Shown in pieces: positions 29,735-39,237 of a stretch of 64,000 bases of DNA. Positions within the stretch are counted from its first letter, which is position 1. The number at the start of each line of letters is the position of its first letter. A program made the translations under genes and the position numbers. This DNA comes from Candidatus Kerfeldbacteria bacterium (GTDB lineage Bacteria; Patescibacteriota; Patescibacteriia; SBBC01; CAIJZX01): the NCBI GenBank assembly GCA_963731735.1, contig CAVSWO010000002.1:564257-628256 (forward strand), written 5' to 3'. A model generated the notes under the pieces. That model saw only the letters and a list, made by a program, of their open reading frames with translations. It did no database searches and was not told where the DNA came from.

Positions 29735-30070
29735 ATGATTGACCCGACCTATAAGAAAATTATTATCCGGGGACTGTGGTACGCCCTGGTAACTATTATA
29801 GTCTACCTCATTGTAGGGAATGTCTGGTTTAAAGATGATCCGTGGGGGGCCTTTGTAGTTGGCCCCTTTCTTCAGTTTGGCGTCGCCATAGCGGTGGTGC
29901 TTGCTGGCGAACTTTGGTGGAACAGAAAAAAATCTCAAGGTAGCATGCCTCAATCGAACGGTGGTACGTACAAGAAGGCCGGCTCTGCGTACTGGCTTCG
30001 AATATGGATTATTATCATTGGCTTGATAGCTCTCTATATCGGATTTTTCTTTCTGATGCCGTATTTATAA
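29735..30070 (+). CDS. Small membrane protein (hypothetical)
   Basis: 111 aa, 3 TM helices, low GC. Confidence 0.5.
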   Translation: MIDPTYKKIIIRGLWYALVTIIVYLIVGNVWFKDDPWGAFVVGPFLQFGVAIAVVLAGELWWNRKKSQGSMPQSNGGTYKKAGSAYWLRIWIIIIGLIALYIGFFFLMPYL

Positions 30071-30090
30071 TATACAAGGATTATTTACTC

Positions 30091-31074
30091 ATGTTTTTGG
30101 AACAGGCATCCAGCAAAATAAATTTTTCACCCCGTGCGGTTGTCACAACCCAGACTTTGCTCATTACTGTGCTCTTTGTTTATTTTGCTTGGGCGGCAGC
30201 GGATTTCGTCGCTGGGTATAATTACATCGGACCGCTCGAACTCATTCCTGCAGAAAACCCAACGCTCGAGGAATTCTATCCACGGGTGATTCCCTACGCG
30301 TTATTCCTTCTGTTGGAACTTGGGGTGTTACGGGGACTGTGGCGTGGAGGGAAAGAGTCTCGATGGTTGATGACAACCACGATTGTGATTGCGGCCTTGG
30401 TCGTCGGACTGTCCGGATTGGCAGGGGCGGTCCTGAGCGGTAGTTACCTGGCCCTGTTATCAGGATTCCTACCCTTGCTCGTGTATTTCGGAATCCGGGT
30501 TTGGCAATTTAACCAATTCAACCAATGGATGGCCCAGCGGGGCGCAGAAAAGCCGCCGCGTCGGGTTTGGCTATCGACCCCCTTTTTTCTTCTCGCGGGG
30601 GTGTTGGTGGTTGTTGGATTTACTGGGCTAACCTATGTTTGGGAAAAACGCATTGCGGCCACGCTCAGTGATGAGTCAGGGTTCGATGACCGGCCGTTTA
30701 CTACCCCAGACCTACAAGCCAAAATTGATTTCTACGATGCCCGTGATGCGATTCCGAAAATTTTTCAAATCGGTGAGGGCGGTGTCGATACGTACCTTTA
30801 TATCAAACGAATCAATGGGGAGCATGTATTTGATGCAATCCTTACTTTTTCCTACCAATTGCCTAATAACTCAACACCTGAAACAGGCAAGGTGTCATTC
30901 AGCTACCTAGACCAAGGAACCAAAATTATTGCCCCGGTTGGAACAATTATCACGCCAACTAATATTGAATCCGACGAAGAGATCGGTGAAATTGAAACAC
31001 AACCTTTCGAGGTGGTCCCTGAAGGAACGTCTCCCCTTTATTATTTCAACGAATTCGAGATCAAGGTTTATTAA
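30091..31074 (+). CDS. Membrane protein with C-terminal soluble domain (hypothetical)
   Basis: 327 aa from the MFLEQASS Met. Multiple TM helices, then a ~150-aa soluble C-terminus. Low GC. Confidence 0.5.
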   Translation: MFLEQASSKINFSPRAVVTTQTLLITVLFVYFAWAAADFVAGYNYIGPLELIPAENPTLEEFYPRVIPYALFLLLELGVLRGLWRGGKESRWLMTTTIVIAALVVGLSGLAGAVLSGSYLALLSGFLPLLVYFGIRVWQFNQFNQWMAQRGAEKPPRRVWLSTPFFLLAGVLVVVGFTGLTYVWEKRIAATLSDESGFDDRPFTTPDLQAKIDFYDARDAIPKIFQIGEGGVDTYLYIKRINGEHVFDAILTFSYQLPNNSTPETGKVSFSYLDQGTKIIAPVGTIITPTNIESDEEIGEIETQPFEVVPEGTSPLYYFNEFEIKVY

Positions 31075-31157
31075 ACATGTACAAACCGGAATAAACCGTG
31101 TTCGATTCCCCGCGCCCGTCACTTCACTCTAGGGGGCAATGATCGTTAACTGTACTT

Positions 31158-31733
31158 ATGAAGAAAAAAGCACCTAAGAAACTTCGCACAGCCGAGAGGG
31201 GACTCACTCATGCGTATATTGGTGATGGGAAAGGCAAAACCACGGCCGCGGTTGGGGTGGCGGTGCGGGCGGCCGGATACGGCTGGAAAGTCTGTTTTTT
31301 GCAATTCATGAAAGAGGCCAAGTGGCCGAGCGGAGAACGCCAAAGCCTGGCGAAACTTGGGATAGAAGTGTTGGTCATGGGTGAAGGATTTTTCAAGATT
31401 CTGAATGACCGGAAACCGGAGGAGCAGCACCAAGCGGCCGCTTTGCGCGCGCTTGAAGTCGTCCATGACAAAGTGTTTTCGGGCGACTATCAACTCGTCG
31501 TGGCGGATGAACTTGGGTCAGCGGTTGAGGAAAAGGTGCTCGAGCGCAAACCGGTTGAAAGCTTTTTGCAGTCCAGGGCCAAAGATACGCGCGCCAAGAT
31601 GGTTCATTTTATCTGGACGGGCCATAAAAAAATTCCGTGGATGTTGAAGTACGCTGATCTCGTGACTGATATGCAAATGGTTAAACACCCGTACTACAAG
31701 GGGATAATAGCGACCAAGGGATTGGATTTCTAG
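31158..31733 (+). CDS. cobO: Cob(I)alamin (corrinoid) adenosyltransferase, CobA/BtuR/CobO type
   Basis: P-loop HAYIGDGKGKTTAAVG plus WKVCFLQFMK, ~190 aa. Confidence 0.75.
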   Translation: MKKKAPKKLRTAERGLTHAYIGDGKGKTTAAVGVAVRAAGYGWKVCFLQFMKEAKWPSGERQSLAKLGIEVLVMGEGFFKILNDRKPEEQHQAAALRALEVVHDKVFSGDYQLVVADELGSAVEEKVLERKPVESFLQSRAKDTRAKMVHFIWTGHKKIPWMLKYADLVTDMQMVKHPYYKGIIATKGLDF

Positions 31734-31745
31734 CAACACTCGCAG

Positions 31746-31794
31746 GCGCGGGTTTCCAGCGAAGCTGGATTGGCTATGCCACATAAACCCGCGC
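31746..31794 (+). other. 10-bp perfect inverted repeat (GCGCGGGTTT...AAACCCGCGC) with nested hairpin, after the cobO stop
   Basis: Seen directly in the sequence. It could be a terminator-like or leader structure. Confidence 0.35.
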
Positions 31795-31839
31795 TTGCGA
31801 AAAAGGGCTTCCACCAAGCTTGACCCATCATCGCAAGGG

Positions 31840-32060
31840 AACTACAATAAAAACCGGTAAGCAGGTGAGTTCCCTCGCACCGCTGGCGCTTCGGGACAAG
31901 TCCTGCAGGGTCCCGCCACCGTACACTCGGACACCTTTCCCAAGAAGTCGCTTGGGATAAAGATAAGACCTTCGTGGAGAGGCAGTATGTCTGCTGTATC
32001 CCTGAGCGTAGCGAGGGGTCTCAGAACCCGAAGGGGTATGGAGATCCTTCACCCAGCGTA
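31840..32060 (+). ncRNA. Candidate cobalamin riboswitch in the 400-nt leader of the DUF4430 operon (tentative)
   Basis: AAGGGAAC, GGTGAGTTCC, GCCACCG (B12-box-like GCCACUG) and CAGAACCCGAAGG occur in the expected order. The context is B12 genes on both sides. Not verified by a covariance model. Confidence 0.3.
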
Positions 32061-32135
32061 GCTGGGTTCAGGAATACACGCCGAATACCTGCTGTTCTAC
32101 GACGGCAGGGGATTTATCATTAGACATTCATACCA

Positions 32136-32516
32136 ATGTCACTCAAAAAGATCCTACTGCCCGTCGCCCTTAGTGCCTTACTGCTCGGCGCCGGTTGCAG
32201 TTTTACTCAGACGGTCAACGTCAATCAGACGACCACCACCAACACGATCAACAGCCAAACGGCTGAAGTTTGCCAACCCTCGGACCGCTGCGTCCAATAT
32301 GCTGGTCAGGACGGTAAAAACGCGTTAGAATTACTCCAGTCAGACCACCAGGTCGACGTCAGCGACCAAGGATTTGTCAACGCGATTGATGGCGTCGAAC
32401 CAGGGGATCGAGAATTTTGGGCCTTATATGTCAACGGTGAACAAGCGCAAGTCGGCGCGAAAGACTACCATACGAAAGACGGTGAAACGATCGAGTGGAC
32501 GCTCGAAAGTTTCTAG
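32136..32516 (+). CDS. Lipoprotein with DUF4430-like (transcobalamin beta-domain-like) B12-binding domain
   Basis: Lipobox LLGAGCSF. C-terminal VNAIDGVEPGDREFWALYVNGEQAQVGAKDYHTKDGETIEW fits the W..YVNG...DGD.I.W DUF4430 signature. Confidence 0.6.
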   Translation: MSLKKILLPVALSALLLGAGCSFTQTVNVNQTTTTNTINSQTAEVCQPSDRCVQYAGQDGKNALELLQSDHQVDVSDQGFVNAIDGVEPGDREFWALYVNGEQAQVGAKDYHTKDGETIEWTLESF

Positions 32517-32610
32517 TCGCCGGATAACCCGGAAACGATCGTCCTTGACGCAAGCCGTTAAGCCGCCGGTCGCGGCGGCGCCGCGACCGGCGGCGATCAA
32601 CGCGCAGTTG

Positions 32611-33138
32611 ATGCACCAATCATCGATTGTTCCAACCGCGGCGCGTGAACCGGTGACGCCGAAGACCTTGCCGCACCGTGCCAAGTTGGCCAACGAACAT
32701 GATTGGGCGGCCAAGTCACTGATCGGTGTCATGGCGGCGGTGCTGGCGGCAATTATCCTGATTCCGGTTTGGCTAAGTCAGCGGCCGGGGCCGACCAGCC
32801 TGCCGGCGGAGGTGCTGGGTGAAAGTCAGACCCGGCCACTGGTCGTCACCGTGAATGTCACCTTGGCCGGAACGACCCAGCGGACGCTGGTTAGTCCGAG
32901 CAGCGGTATGCCGGCCGAAGCTTTGGCCCAGGCGGCTAAAAATTTTCACACCGAATTTACCTATCGCACCAACGCGGGCGCGATCGCGGTCACCTCCTTT
33001 TTCGATCACCCCAACGGATCTGCCGGTTATTGGCAAACATCAATCAACGGCCACATCCTGACCGATCTCCAAAGCCAACCGTTGCGGCAGGCCGACACCT
33101 TACTTCTTGAATGGATACCCACTAACTCCAATGCGTAA
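32611..33138 (+). CDS. Membrane-anchored DUF4430-like protein (second putative corrinoid-binding domain)
   Basis: N-terminal TM (LIGVMAAVLAAIILIPVWL), then ...YWQTSINGHILTDLQSQPLRQADTLLLEWIP. Start chosen at the first ATG after the upstream gene's stop (32611); uncertain. Confidence 0.5.
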   Translation: MHQSSIVPTAAREPVTPKTLPHRAKLANEHDWAAKSLIGVMAAVLAAIILIPVWLSQRPGPTSLPAEVLGESQTRPLVVTVNVTLAGTTQRTLVSPSSGMPAEALAQAAKNFHTEFTYRTNAGAIAVTSFFDHPNGSAGYWQTSINGHILTDLQSQPLRQADTLLLEWIPTNSNA

Positions 33139-33691
33139 TCGTTTTCTTCCAATTTTGATGGCGGTTTTTCTGATTTTGGCCGGCGTTGTCTTACGCATTG
33201 CTCGGCACTACGGATGGATTGATCTGCCGCCGAACGTGGCCCCGGTGGCCGCCATGGCAATGTTTAGTGCGGTGTATTTACCGCGTCGCCTGGCGGTGAT
33301 CGTGCCGCTCGGACTGATGGCGCTGAGCGATCTCGTCATCGGCTGGTATGAGCCGGGCGTGATGGCGGCGGTCTACGCGAGTTTTGGATTGAGCTTGATG
33401 CTGGGGTGGTGGCTCAAACGAAAAGTGACGGTTGGCCGACTGATTGGGGCCAGCCTGTTTGGCTCCATCGCATTTTTTCTGATTACGAACGGCGCCGTGG
33501 CCATCTTCGGCCACGGGTATGGAACCGGATCGGCCGGCTTGCTCCAAGCCTACGTGCAAGGCTTGCCGTTTTTCCGAAACACCGTGCTCGGCGACTTGGC
33601 GTATAGCGGACTGTTCTTTGGGCTCTACAATGCTGTCGTGGTATACTCAACCAAGCGAGTACCAGCCGCGACAACATTGACCCATGGCTGA
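33131..33691 (+). CDS. 6-TM small membrane protein, ECF-transporter S-component-like (possible corrinoid-specific CbrT-like)
   Basis: 186 aa, ~6 TM helices, the typical S-component size, encoded directly after the DUF4430 genes. Confidence 0.45.
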   Translation: MRNRFLPILMAVFLILAGVVLRIARHYGWIDLPPNVAPVAAMAMFSAVYLPRRLAVIVPLGLMALSDLVIGWYEPGVMAAVYASFGLSLMLGWWLKRKVTVGRLIGASLFGSIAFFLITNGAVAIFGHGYGTGSAGLLQAYVQGLPFFRNTVLGDLAYSGLFFGLYNAVVVYSTKRVPAATTLTHG

Positions 33692-34613
33692 TTACCGACG
33701 ATATCAACCCCGGCGTGCCCGGGCGTCACGAAGCTTCCCGTGGAAACGGATAGTTTTTGGCGCGCTCGTGCTGGGCCTCGGGTATTACGTCATCCAAGTT
33801 TTTTTTGGAAACCCCCAGACCCAAATCAGCCAAACCAATCAGTCGACGAATAGCGACGGTGTGCGACTGATAACTGATAACGCCAACGGGACTACCACGA
33901 ACCAAGCGGTACCGACCAACACCAATACGCCAGCCAACGACAACACCAACCTGGAGACCAATACCAACACCGCCGTTGCACCGCCGGACGGTAGCTTGGT
34001 ATCGCTTGAGAACTGCGACCGAGCCATCTCTGCGTATGGGCAAGCCAAGGACGTGGCGCTGACCTTTAACTTGGTGGCGGCTAATGACGCCACCGAAAAA
34101 GTCGCCGATGCTTTACGCGAGCACGGGCTGACCGCTAGCTTTTTCGTGACCGGGGAATTCGCCCAAACCAATGCACAACTCCTCAAAAATCTGTCCCTCG
34201 AAGGTCACGGAATATATAATCGCACGCAGTCCAATGCCCGGCTGACGGAGCTAAGTGCCGACCAGGTCACCAGCCAGTTGGCTGATGCGGATGCCGCTAT
34301 TCAAGCGGCCACCGGAGTCAGCTCAAAACCATTTGTCCGACCGCCGTTCGGCGACAGTAATGACCGCGTTGTATCGACCGCCAAATCCGCCGGGTACTGT
34401 ACGATGCTTTGGACGGTGGATGGATTTGACTGGCAATCGGACGCGACCGCCCAGGCATCATTTCAGCGGATCGCGGCCCAACTTCGCCCGGGCGCAATCA
34501 TACTGTTGAGTGCCGGATATGACGTCACGCCTGAGGTGGTGACCTTGCTGGCGGCGGAACTTGAAAAACAAGGCTATTCCGCGGTATCATTAGTGGACTT
34601 ACTGACGCAATAA
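33684..34613 (+). CDS. Polysaccharide deacetylase (CE4 / NodB-homology domain), membrane-anchored
   Basis: FNLVAANDATEKV..ASFFVTGEF (motifs 1-2) and RPPFGDSN (motif 3). N-terminal TM and an N/T-rich linker. Confidence 0.7.
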   Translation: MADYRRYQPRRARASRSFPWKRIVFGALVLGLGYYVIQVFFGNPQTQISQTNQSTNSDGVRLITDNANGTTTNQAVPTNTNTPANDNTNLETNTNTAVAPPDGSLVSLENCDRAISAYGQAKDVALTFNLVAANDATEKVADALREHGLTASFFVTGEFAQTNAQLLKNLSLEGHGIYNRTQSNARLTELSADQVTSQLADADAAIQAATGVSSKPFVRPPFGDSNDRVVSTAKSAGYCTMLWTVDGFDWQSDATAQASFQRIAAQLRPGAIILLSAGYDVTPEVVTLLAAELEKQGYSAVSLVDLLTQ

Positions 34614-34617
34614 TACT

Positions 34618-35217
34618 ATGGGCACGGTCCTGACAAAGAAAATTAGTTTTTGGTTGGTGGTAGCGCTGTTACTCGGATGGGGAGCGTTGGGGTTGCTTTT
34701 GATTCAGTCCTCAAAAGAGCTGCTCCAGGCGCAACTGACCTATGATGGCAATGCCACCTCGCTGCCGCGCGGCGTCAGCTTGCAACTCCAAGTTGATAAG
34801 AATGTCTACGGAGCGAATGAGACCGTCCTGATCTCCCTGCGGAACGACAGCCGGAAAGACGTCTGGCTGGCGGAACGGGCGAATGGCTGCAATGGCACCT
34901 GGTGGGAATTAGAACAACTAACCAATAGCGAGACTTGGACGCCGGTGGCAATCCAACGCCAGGACTGTGTTGACCTGACCTACGGGCTGAATGCCTTTGC
35001 GCGGCACAGTGTCAAAACCGACAGCTGGAATGGTTTAATTCAAACCGATGCACTCGGGAGCACTTTTGCACCGGCCCCGACCGGTACCTACCGGATCGCC
35101 GTGCCGTTTCTGCATGGCCAAGACCCGTCCGAAAGCGATTGGCTGGCCAGCGACGCGGTGGCGGCCGTTTCATCGGCCTTTACCTATGGGGCGGAAAACC
35201 CCGATACCAGCTCCTGA
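34618..35217 (+). CDS. Secreted/membrane-anchored hypothetical protein
   Basis: 199-aa ORF with an N-terminal hydrophobic segment. Confidence 0.5.
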   Translation: MGTVLTKKISFWLVVALLLGWGALGLLLIQSSKELLQAQLTYDGNATSLPRGVSLQLQVDKNVYGANETVLISLRNDSRKDVWLAERANGCNGTWWELEQLTNSETWTPVAIQRQDCVDLTYGLNAFARHSVKTDSWNGLIQTDALGSTFAPAPTGTYRIAVPFLHGQDPSESDWLASDAVAAVSSAFTYGAENPDTSS

Positions 35218-35257
35218 AACAAACTCCAGGCGTGTGTCGTAATAGTAATGCGTACGT

Positions 35258-36439
35258 ATGGCTGAATTACCTTCCCCTCAACCCAAAATCTCGATTCCAA
35301 CTCTGATTACGCCAATCGTAGCGCTGAGCGTTTTGCTGGGCGCGGCGGCTGGCGGCGTGACCGGGTATGTAGTGGTGCATCAGCAACACCCGACGGGCAA
35401 TGTTAACAGTGGCCAAGCGACCGCCCTGTCGGTCAAGGAAGATTCGGCCACGGTCGACGTGGTCAAAGAGACACTGCCGGCAGTCGTGACGGTAGTGGCC
35501 ACCAAAGACTTGTCGAAAGTCCAACAGCCACTTTCACCATTTGATCAATTTTTCGGTATTCAAACGCCCTCCGGTCCGCAGGAAATCGGCCAAGGCGCCG
35601 GCTTTATTGTTGATGCCAACGGGTTAATTGTAACCAATAAACACGTGATTAGCGACGACCAGGCGCAATATTCAGTGGTCTTGTCGGACGGCCGATCATT
35701 TGATGCCGAGGTTAAAGCCAAAGATCCGTCGAATGATGTCGCGATTTTGAAAATTGACGCAACCGACTTACCGACCCTGACGCTCGGGGATTCTGATCCA
35801 GTCTCAATCGGCCAGACGGTCATCGCGATTGGCAATCCGCTGCGATTTACGAGCACCGTTACGAAAGGTATTATCTCCGGCAAGTCACGAACGATTACCG
35901 CCAGCGACGGCAGCGGCCAGGCTGAAACGTTGGAAGATGTCTTTCAAACTGACGCGGCGATTAATCCGGGAAATTCCGGCGGTCCGTTGATTGATTTAAC
36001 CGGTCACGCGATCGCAGTCAATACGGCGGTCAGCCAACAAGGGCAGTTGATTGGCTTCGCCATCCCGATTAACGTCATCAAGAATGATCTCACGTCGTTT
36101 TCGCAGCAGGGGAAAATCGTTCGTCCGTTGCTGGGCGTACGGTATGTCCCAATCACCAAAGATTTGGCCAGCCAAGAAAAATTGCCGGTCGACCAGGGCG
36201 CCTACATTCAACCCGGGCAAAATAATGAGCCGGCCGTCCTGTCTGATTCGCCGGCATCGCAAGCGGGTATCAAAGAAGGGGACATCATCACCAAGGTCAA
36301 TGGTGATGCAATTACCGAGGAACATTCCCTGGCCGGCTTGCTGACTAAGTATGCACCCGGCGACACGATTACCTTAACGGTCTTGCGGGACGGAAAAACC
36401 AGCGAAATTAAAGTTACGCTGACGCAACGCGATCAGTAA
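35258..36439 (+). CDS. htrA: HtrA/DegP-family serine protease with PDZ domain
   Basis: Catalytic triad context HVISDD, NDVAILKI and GNSGGPLID. C-terminal PDZ (GIKEGDIITKVNG). Confidence 0.8.
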   Translation: MAELPSPQPKISIPTLITPIVALSVLLGAAAGGVTGYVVVHQQHPTGNVNSGQATALSVKEDSATVDVVKETLPAVVTVVATKDLSKVQQPLSPFDQFFGIQTPSGPQEIGQGAGFIVDANGLIVTNKHVISDDQAQYSVVLSDGRSFDAEVKAKDPSNDVAILKIDATDLPTLTLGDSDPVSIGQTVIAIGNPLRFTSTVTKGIISGKSRTITASDGSGQAETLEDVFQTDAAINPGNSGGPLIDLTGHAIAVNTAVSQQGQLIGFAIPINVIKNDLTSFSQQGKIVRPLLGVRYVPITKDLASQEKLPVDQGAYIQPGQNNEPAVLSDSPASQAGIKEGDIITKVNGDAITEEHSLAGLLTKYAPGDTITLTVLRDGKTSEIKVTLTQRDQ

Positions 36440-36443
36440 CAGG

Positions 36444-36472
36444 TTGCCAAACAGCTGAATTTATGCTAGAAT
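36444..36472 (+). promoter_or_regulatory. Sigma70-like promoter TTGCCA-17-(TG)CTAGAAT upstream of the L,D-transpeptidase gene
   Basis: Exact 17-nt spacer and an extended -10 TG. Confidence 0.5.
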
Positions 36473-36490
36473 ACGTCCATACCTGACCGT

Positions 36491-37927
36491 ATGGCTCGTT
36501 CGCGTAACACAAAAGACAAGCAAATATCGCTCAAACCGCCGACGACATTTCCGTCGACCCATCCACATCACTGGGTGCTTTTATCGTTGGCTTTACTGAT
36601 GGTGACCAGTTTGGCCGGATTGGCCAACTATTATGGCCAGCGTATTTTACCGGGGACGCGAATTGGGGTCATCCCGGTGGGCGGCCTGACCGTGGCTGAT
36701 GCTCGTGCTCGGGTGGAAAATATTTTAAGCCAACAAACGGTTACCTTGACGTATGCCACGCAAACCTGGAATCCGACTTGGAAACAATTGGGTGTACTGT
36801 ATGACGTCAGGCCGGCCGTGACCGAGGCCTATAGCCTTGGACGTTGGGCCCCGCTGACCAGCTGGTGGAAACACTTAGTCTTCCGTGAACCGATTGCTTT
36901 GAGTTACGCCTGGTCCAACGATATGCTGACACCGTATTTGGCGAATATCAGCGCCGCCATTGGCGAACCGCCGATGGCGCCGACCGTCAGTTATGCCGAT
37001 GGGACCTTTACGGTTTCAAAAGAACAGGCCGGTGTCGTGATTGATGACGACGATTTCCAAGACGCGTTACGGACTTGGGCCGAAACTGGATCGCATACGA
37101 ACTACAGTCTCCATCCAGCCGTCACCTTTCCGCAGGTCAGCCAAGCCGACTACGCCGATGCGGTTCAGCAGGCCGAAGCCCTGGTAGCGACACCCAAGAC
37201 CGTCACGGCGGCCGATCAAACATTTACGATTGACCAAACAACACTGGCCAGCTGGCTGGACTTTTCGGTCACCGGTCCGCATCAGGTTACGTTGCAAGTC
37301 AATAATTCAGCCGTTGGATCATGGTTGCTTTCGATCGCGAAAGAAGTCAACATCGATCCGATTCCGAAAGAAGTCTTGCTGAGTCAAAATCGGGAAGACG
37401 ATTTATCGAACGGACAAGACGGACGAGCGATTGATATTTCAGCGGCGGTTGCGACGCTTGAACCGGCGGTGCTCGGGGCCAGCACGGCCATCGAGGTACC
37501 GGTCAAGACGGTCCCAGCCGAAGTCGATTATGCGAGCGCGCCGCCGGCGCCGATCAGCCAAGGCAAGGTGATTGCCGTCGATATCACCAAGCAGTGGGAG
37601 TATGTCTATCAAGATAATATCCTCGTCTATTCGTCGGCCGTCTCAACCGGGATTAATGACTGGACGCCGACCGGAACGTTTCATGTGTATGCCAAGACCA
37701 AAAAACAGAAGATGTCGGGCCCGGGGTATTATGTGCCGAACGTACCGAACATCTTGTGGTTCAAAGGGGACTATTCAATTCACGGCGTCTACTGGCACCA
37801 TGACTTTGGCATCCGCCCGCGTTCCCACGGTTGCGTGGGCATGCCGCTCGATCAGGCGGCCTGGCTGTTTGACTGGGCACCCGTCGGCACACCGATTGTC
37901 ATCTACAAATCTTCCCATTCCGCCTAG
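36491..37927 (+). CDS. L,D-transpeptidase (YkuD domain) with N-terminal TM and accessory domains
   Basis: The C-terminal YkuD catalytic region (HGVYWHHDFGIRPRSHGCVGMP) has the His...Ser-His-Gly-Cys motif. Confidence 0.75.
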   Translation: MARSRNTKDKQISLKPPTTFPSTHPHHWVLLSLALLMVTSLAGLANYYGQRILPGTRIGVIPVGGLTVADARARVENILSQQTVTLTYATQTWNPTWKQLGVLYDVRPAVTEAYSLGRWAPLTSWWKHLVFREPIALSYAWSNDMLTPYLANISAAIGEPPMAPTVSYADGTFTVSKEQAGVVIDDDDFQDALRTWAETGSHTNYSLHPAVTFPQVSQADYADAVQQAEALVATPKTVTAADQTFTIDQTTLASWLDFSVTGPHQVTLQVNNSAVGSWLLSIAKEVNIDPIPKEVLLSQNREDDLSNGQDGRAIDISAAVATLEPAVLGASTAIEVPVKTVPAEVDYASAPPAPISQGKVIAVDITKQWEYVYQDNILVYSSAVSTGINDWTPTGTFHVYAKTKKQKMSGPGYYVPNVPNILWFKGDYSIHGVYWHHDFGIRPRSHGCVGMPLDQAAWLFDWAPVGTPIVIYKSSHSA

Positions 37928-37977
37928 AATATGGTAGAATCTAAACGGTCGAAAATTTATACACATACGAAAATACA

Positions 37978-38142
37978 ATGCCAAATCCAATGATGGCCCC
38001 ACAACCAGGGAACGGAATGAAGCCTGGTATGGGCATGAAGAAGTCCGGTCGCAACCCGTTTTTCGGGGTGATGCCGATCGCGATCATGTCACTCTCAGTG
38101 GTGGTTTTTCTGCTGCTGATTTACATCGCAGTCACTCAGTAA
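37978..38142 (+). CDS. Small (54 aa) Met/Gly-rich single-TM membrane protein (hypothetical)
   Basis: ORF below the track's size cutoff: MPNPMMAPQPGNGMKPGMGMKKSGRNPFFGVMPIAIMSLSVVVFLLLIYIAVTQ. An extended -10 TGGTAGAAT sits at 37932-37940. Confidence 0.4.
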   Translation: MPNPMMAPQPGNGMKPGMGMKKSGRNPFFGVMPIAIMSLSVVVFLLLIYIAVTQ

Positions 38143-38161
38143 GTAGTAACGCCTAACGATT

Positions 38162-39235
38162 ATGCGACGACAAGGTACCACGGCCCTGACGCCGGTTTTG
38201 ATTACGTTCATCTCGATTGCCGCTTTTGTGTTGGTGATGTGGTTCGCGTTGGATAAATCCAATACCAACACTAACGCTAATCCGACCAATACGAACGCCG
38301 CTGGAAATAGCCTGACCAATTCCGACACCGCGAATGTGAATGATACACCGGTTGCGAATACCAATGCCGATGGGAATGCCAATACGAACACCGATACATC
38401 CAATTCGAGCTACTTCGAGATTTCGGAATGGGGCGTCGAGTTCCCTGCGCCGGTCGGAACGACTTATGTGTACGCAATGGATCCAGGCAACTCCATTGCG
38501 AAATTTTCGACTTCTAGCCTAGAGTCGCACGACTATTGCACTGCCGATCAAAGCGCAATAGGTACCATCTCGCGTTATTCCTCGCCACCAACCACAGGAC
38601 CACTCAGTTCCCAAACGCCAATTGCCATTGGTGATTGGTATTATTATTATCAATCGCCACAAGCAACGTGTTCTGATGACGCGACGATTACGAGTCAACA
38701 AACCGCGGCCATTTCTATGCTCCGCACAAATTTTTCTAACCTGAAGAGTATTAATGACCCAACCGCTGGATGGCAAACCTTCACTTCGAGCACCTTAAAT
38801 ATTACGATGAAATATCCAGACACCTACTTTGTGCAAAGCAATCAATTTGGTGTCACGGATCCGATGCAGGCGAACGCCCTGTTCTTTCGTAAGACTTCCG
38901 ATGATTATTCTGGTGTTCCAAGTCTAGATATTTCTACGAGCCTAACATTAGCCAGCGGACAAAATCTCCAGCAGCTTGCCCAGTCAATCTACGACAGCAA
39001 CCACGCAAAAGATTATTCAACCACATCGCTGACCACAACTTCTTATGATGGCAACACAGCCTATGAATTTGGTTTGCAAACTGGATACACGGATCCTAAT
39101 GGTGGCCGCTTACTTGACGCGGCTGGAGGTAAGGTAGTGATTTTGCAACAGGCTGGTACGATTTTCACGTTTTTGCAGACTGGCACTGATTCCGTCCTGG
39201 CACAAATTTTGCAAAGTCTTAAGTTTCAATCATAA
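38162..39235 (+). CDS. Signal-anchored secreted protein with N/T-rich linker (hypothetical)
   Basis: N-terminal TM VLITFISIAAFVLVMWFAL, then NTNANPTNTNAAGN... low-complexity sequence. Paralogous N-terminus to the next gene. Confidence 0.6.
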   Translation: MRRQGTTALTPVLITFISIAAFVLVMWFALDKSNTNTNANPTNTNAAGNSLTNSDTANVNDTPVANTNADGNANTNTDTSNSSYFEISEWGVEFPAPVGTTYVYAMDPGNSIAKFSTSSLESHDYCTADQSAIGTISRYSSPPTTGPLSSQTPIAIGDWYYYYQSPQATCSDDATITSQQTAAISMLRTNFSNLKSINDPTAGWQTFTSSTLNITMKYPDTYFVQSNQFGVTDPMQANALFFRKTSDDYSGVPSLDISTSLTLASGQNLQQLAQSIYDSNHAKDYSTTSLTTTSYDGNTAYEFGLQTGYTDPNGGRLLDAAGGKVVILQQAGTIFTFLQTGTDSVLAQILQSLKFQS

Positions 39236-39237
39236 AA

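Noticed and set aside
31088-31120. Full tRNA gene at the right edge of the low-GC island
   Set aside because: Only a T-arm/acceptor-like 3' half (GTTCGATTCC...) is present. There is no matching 5' half, D-arm or anticodon arm, so it is reported only as a possible att-site remnant.
31740-32135. RNase P RNA, SRP RNA or 6S RNA in the long cobO-DUF4430 intergenic region
   Set aside because: I looked for the RNase P P4 motif (GGAAAGUCCGGGC / ACAGAACCCGGCUUA) and the SRP domain IV motif on both strands and found only weak partial matches. A cobalamin riboswitch fits the context better, though it is unverified.
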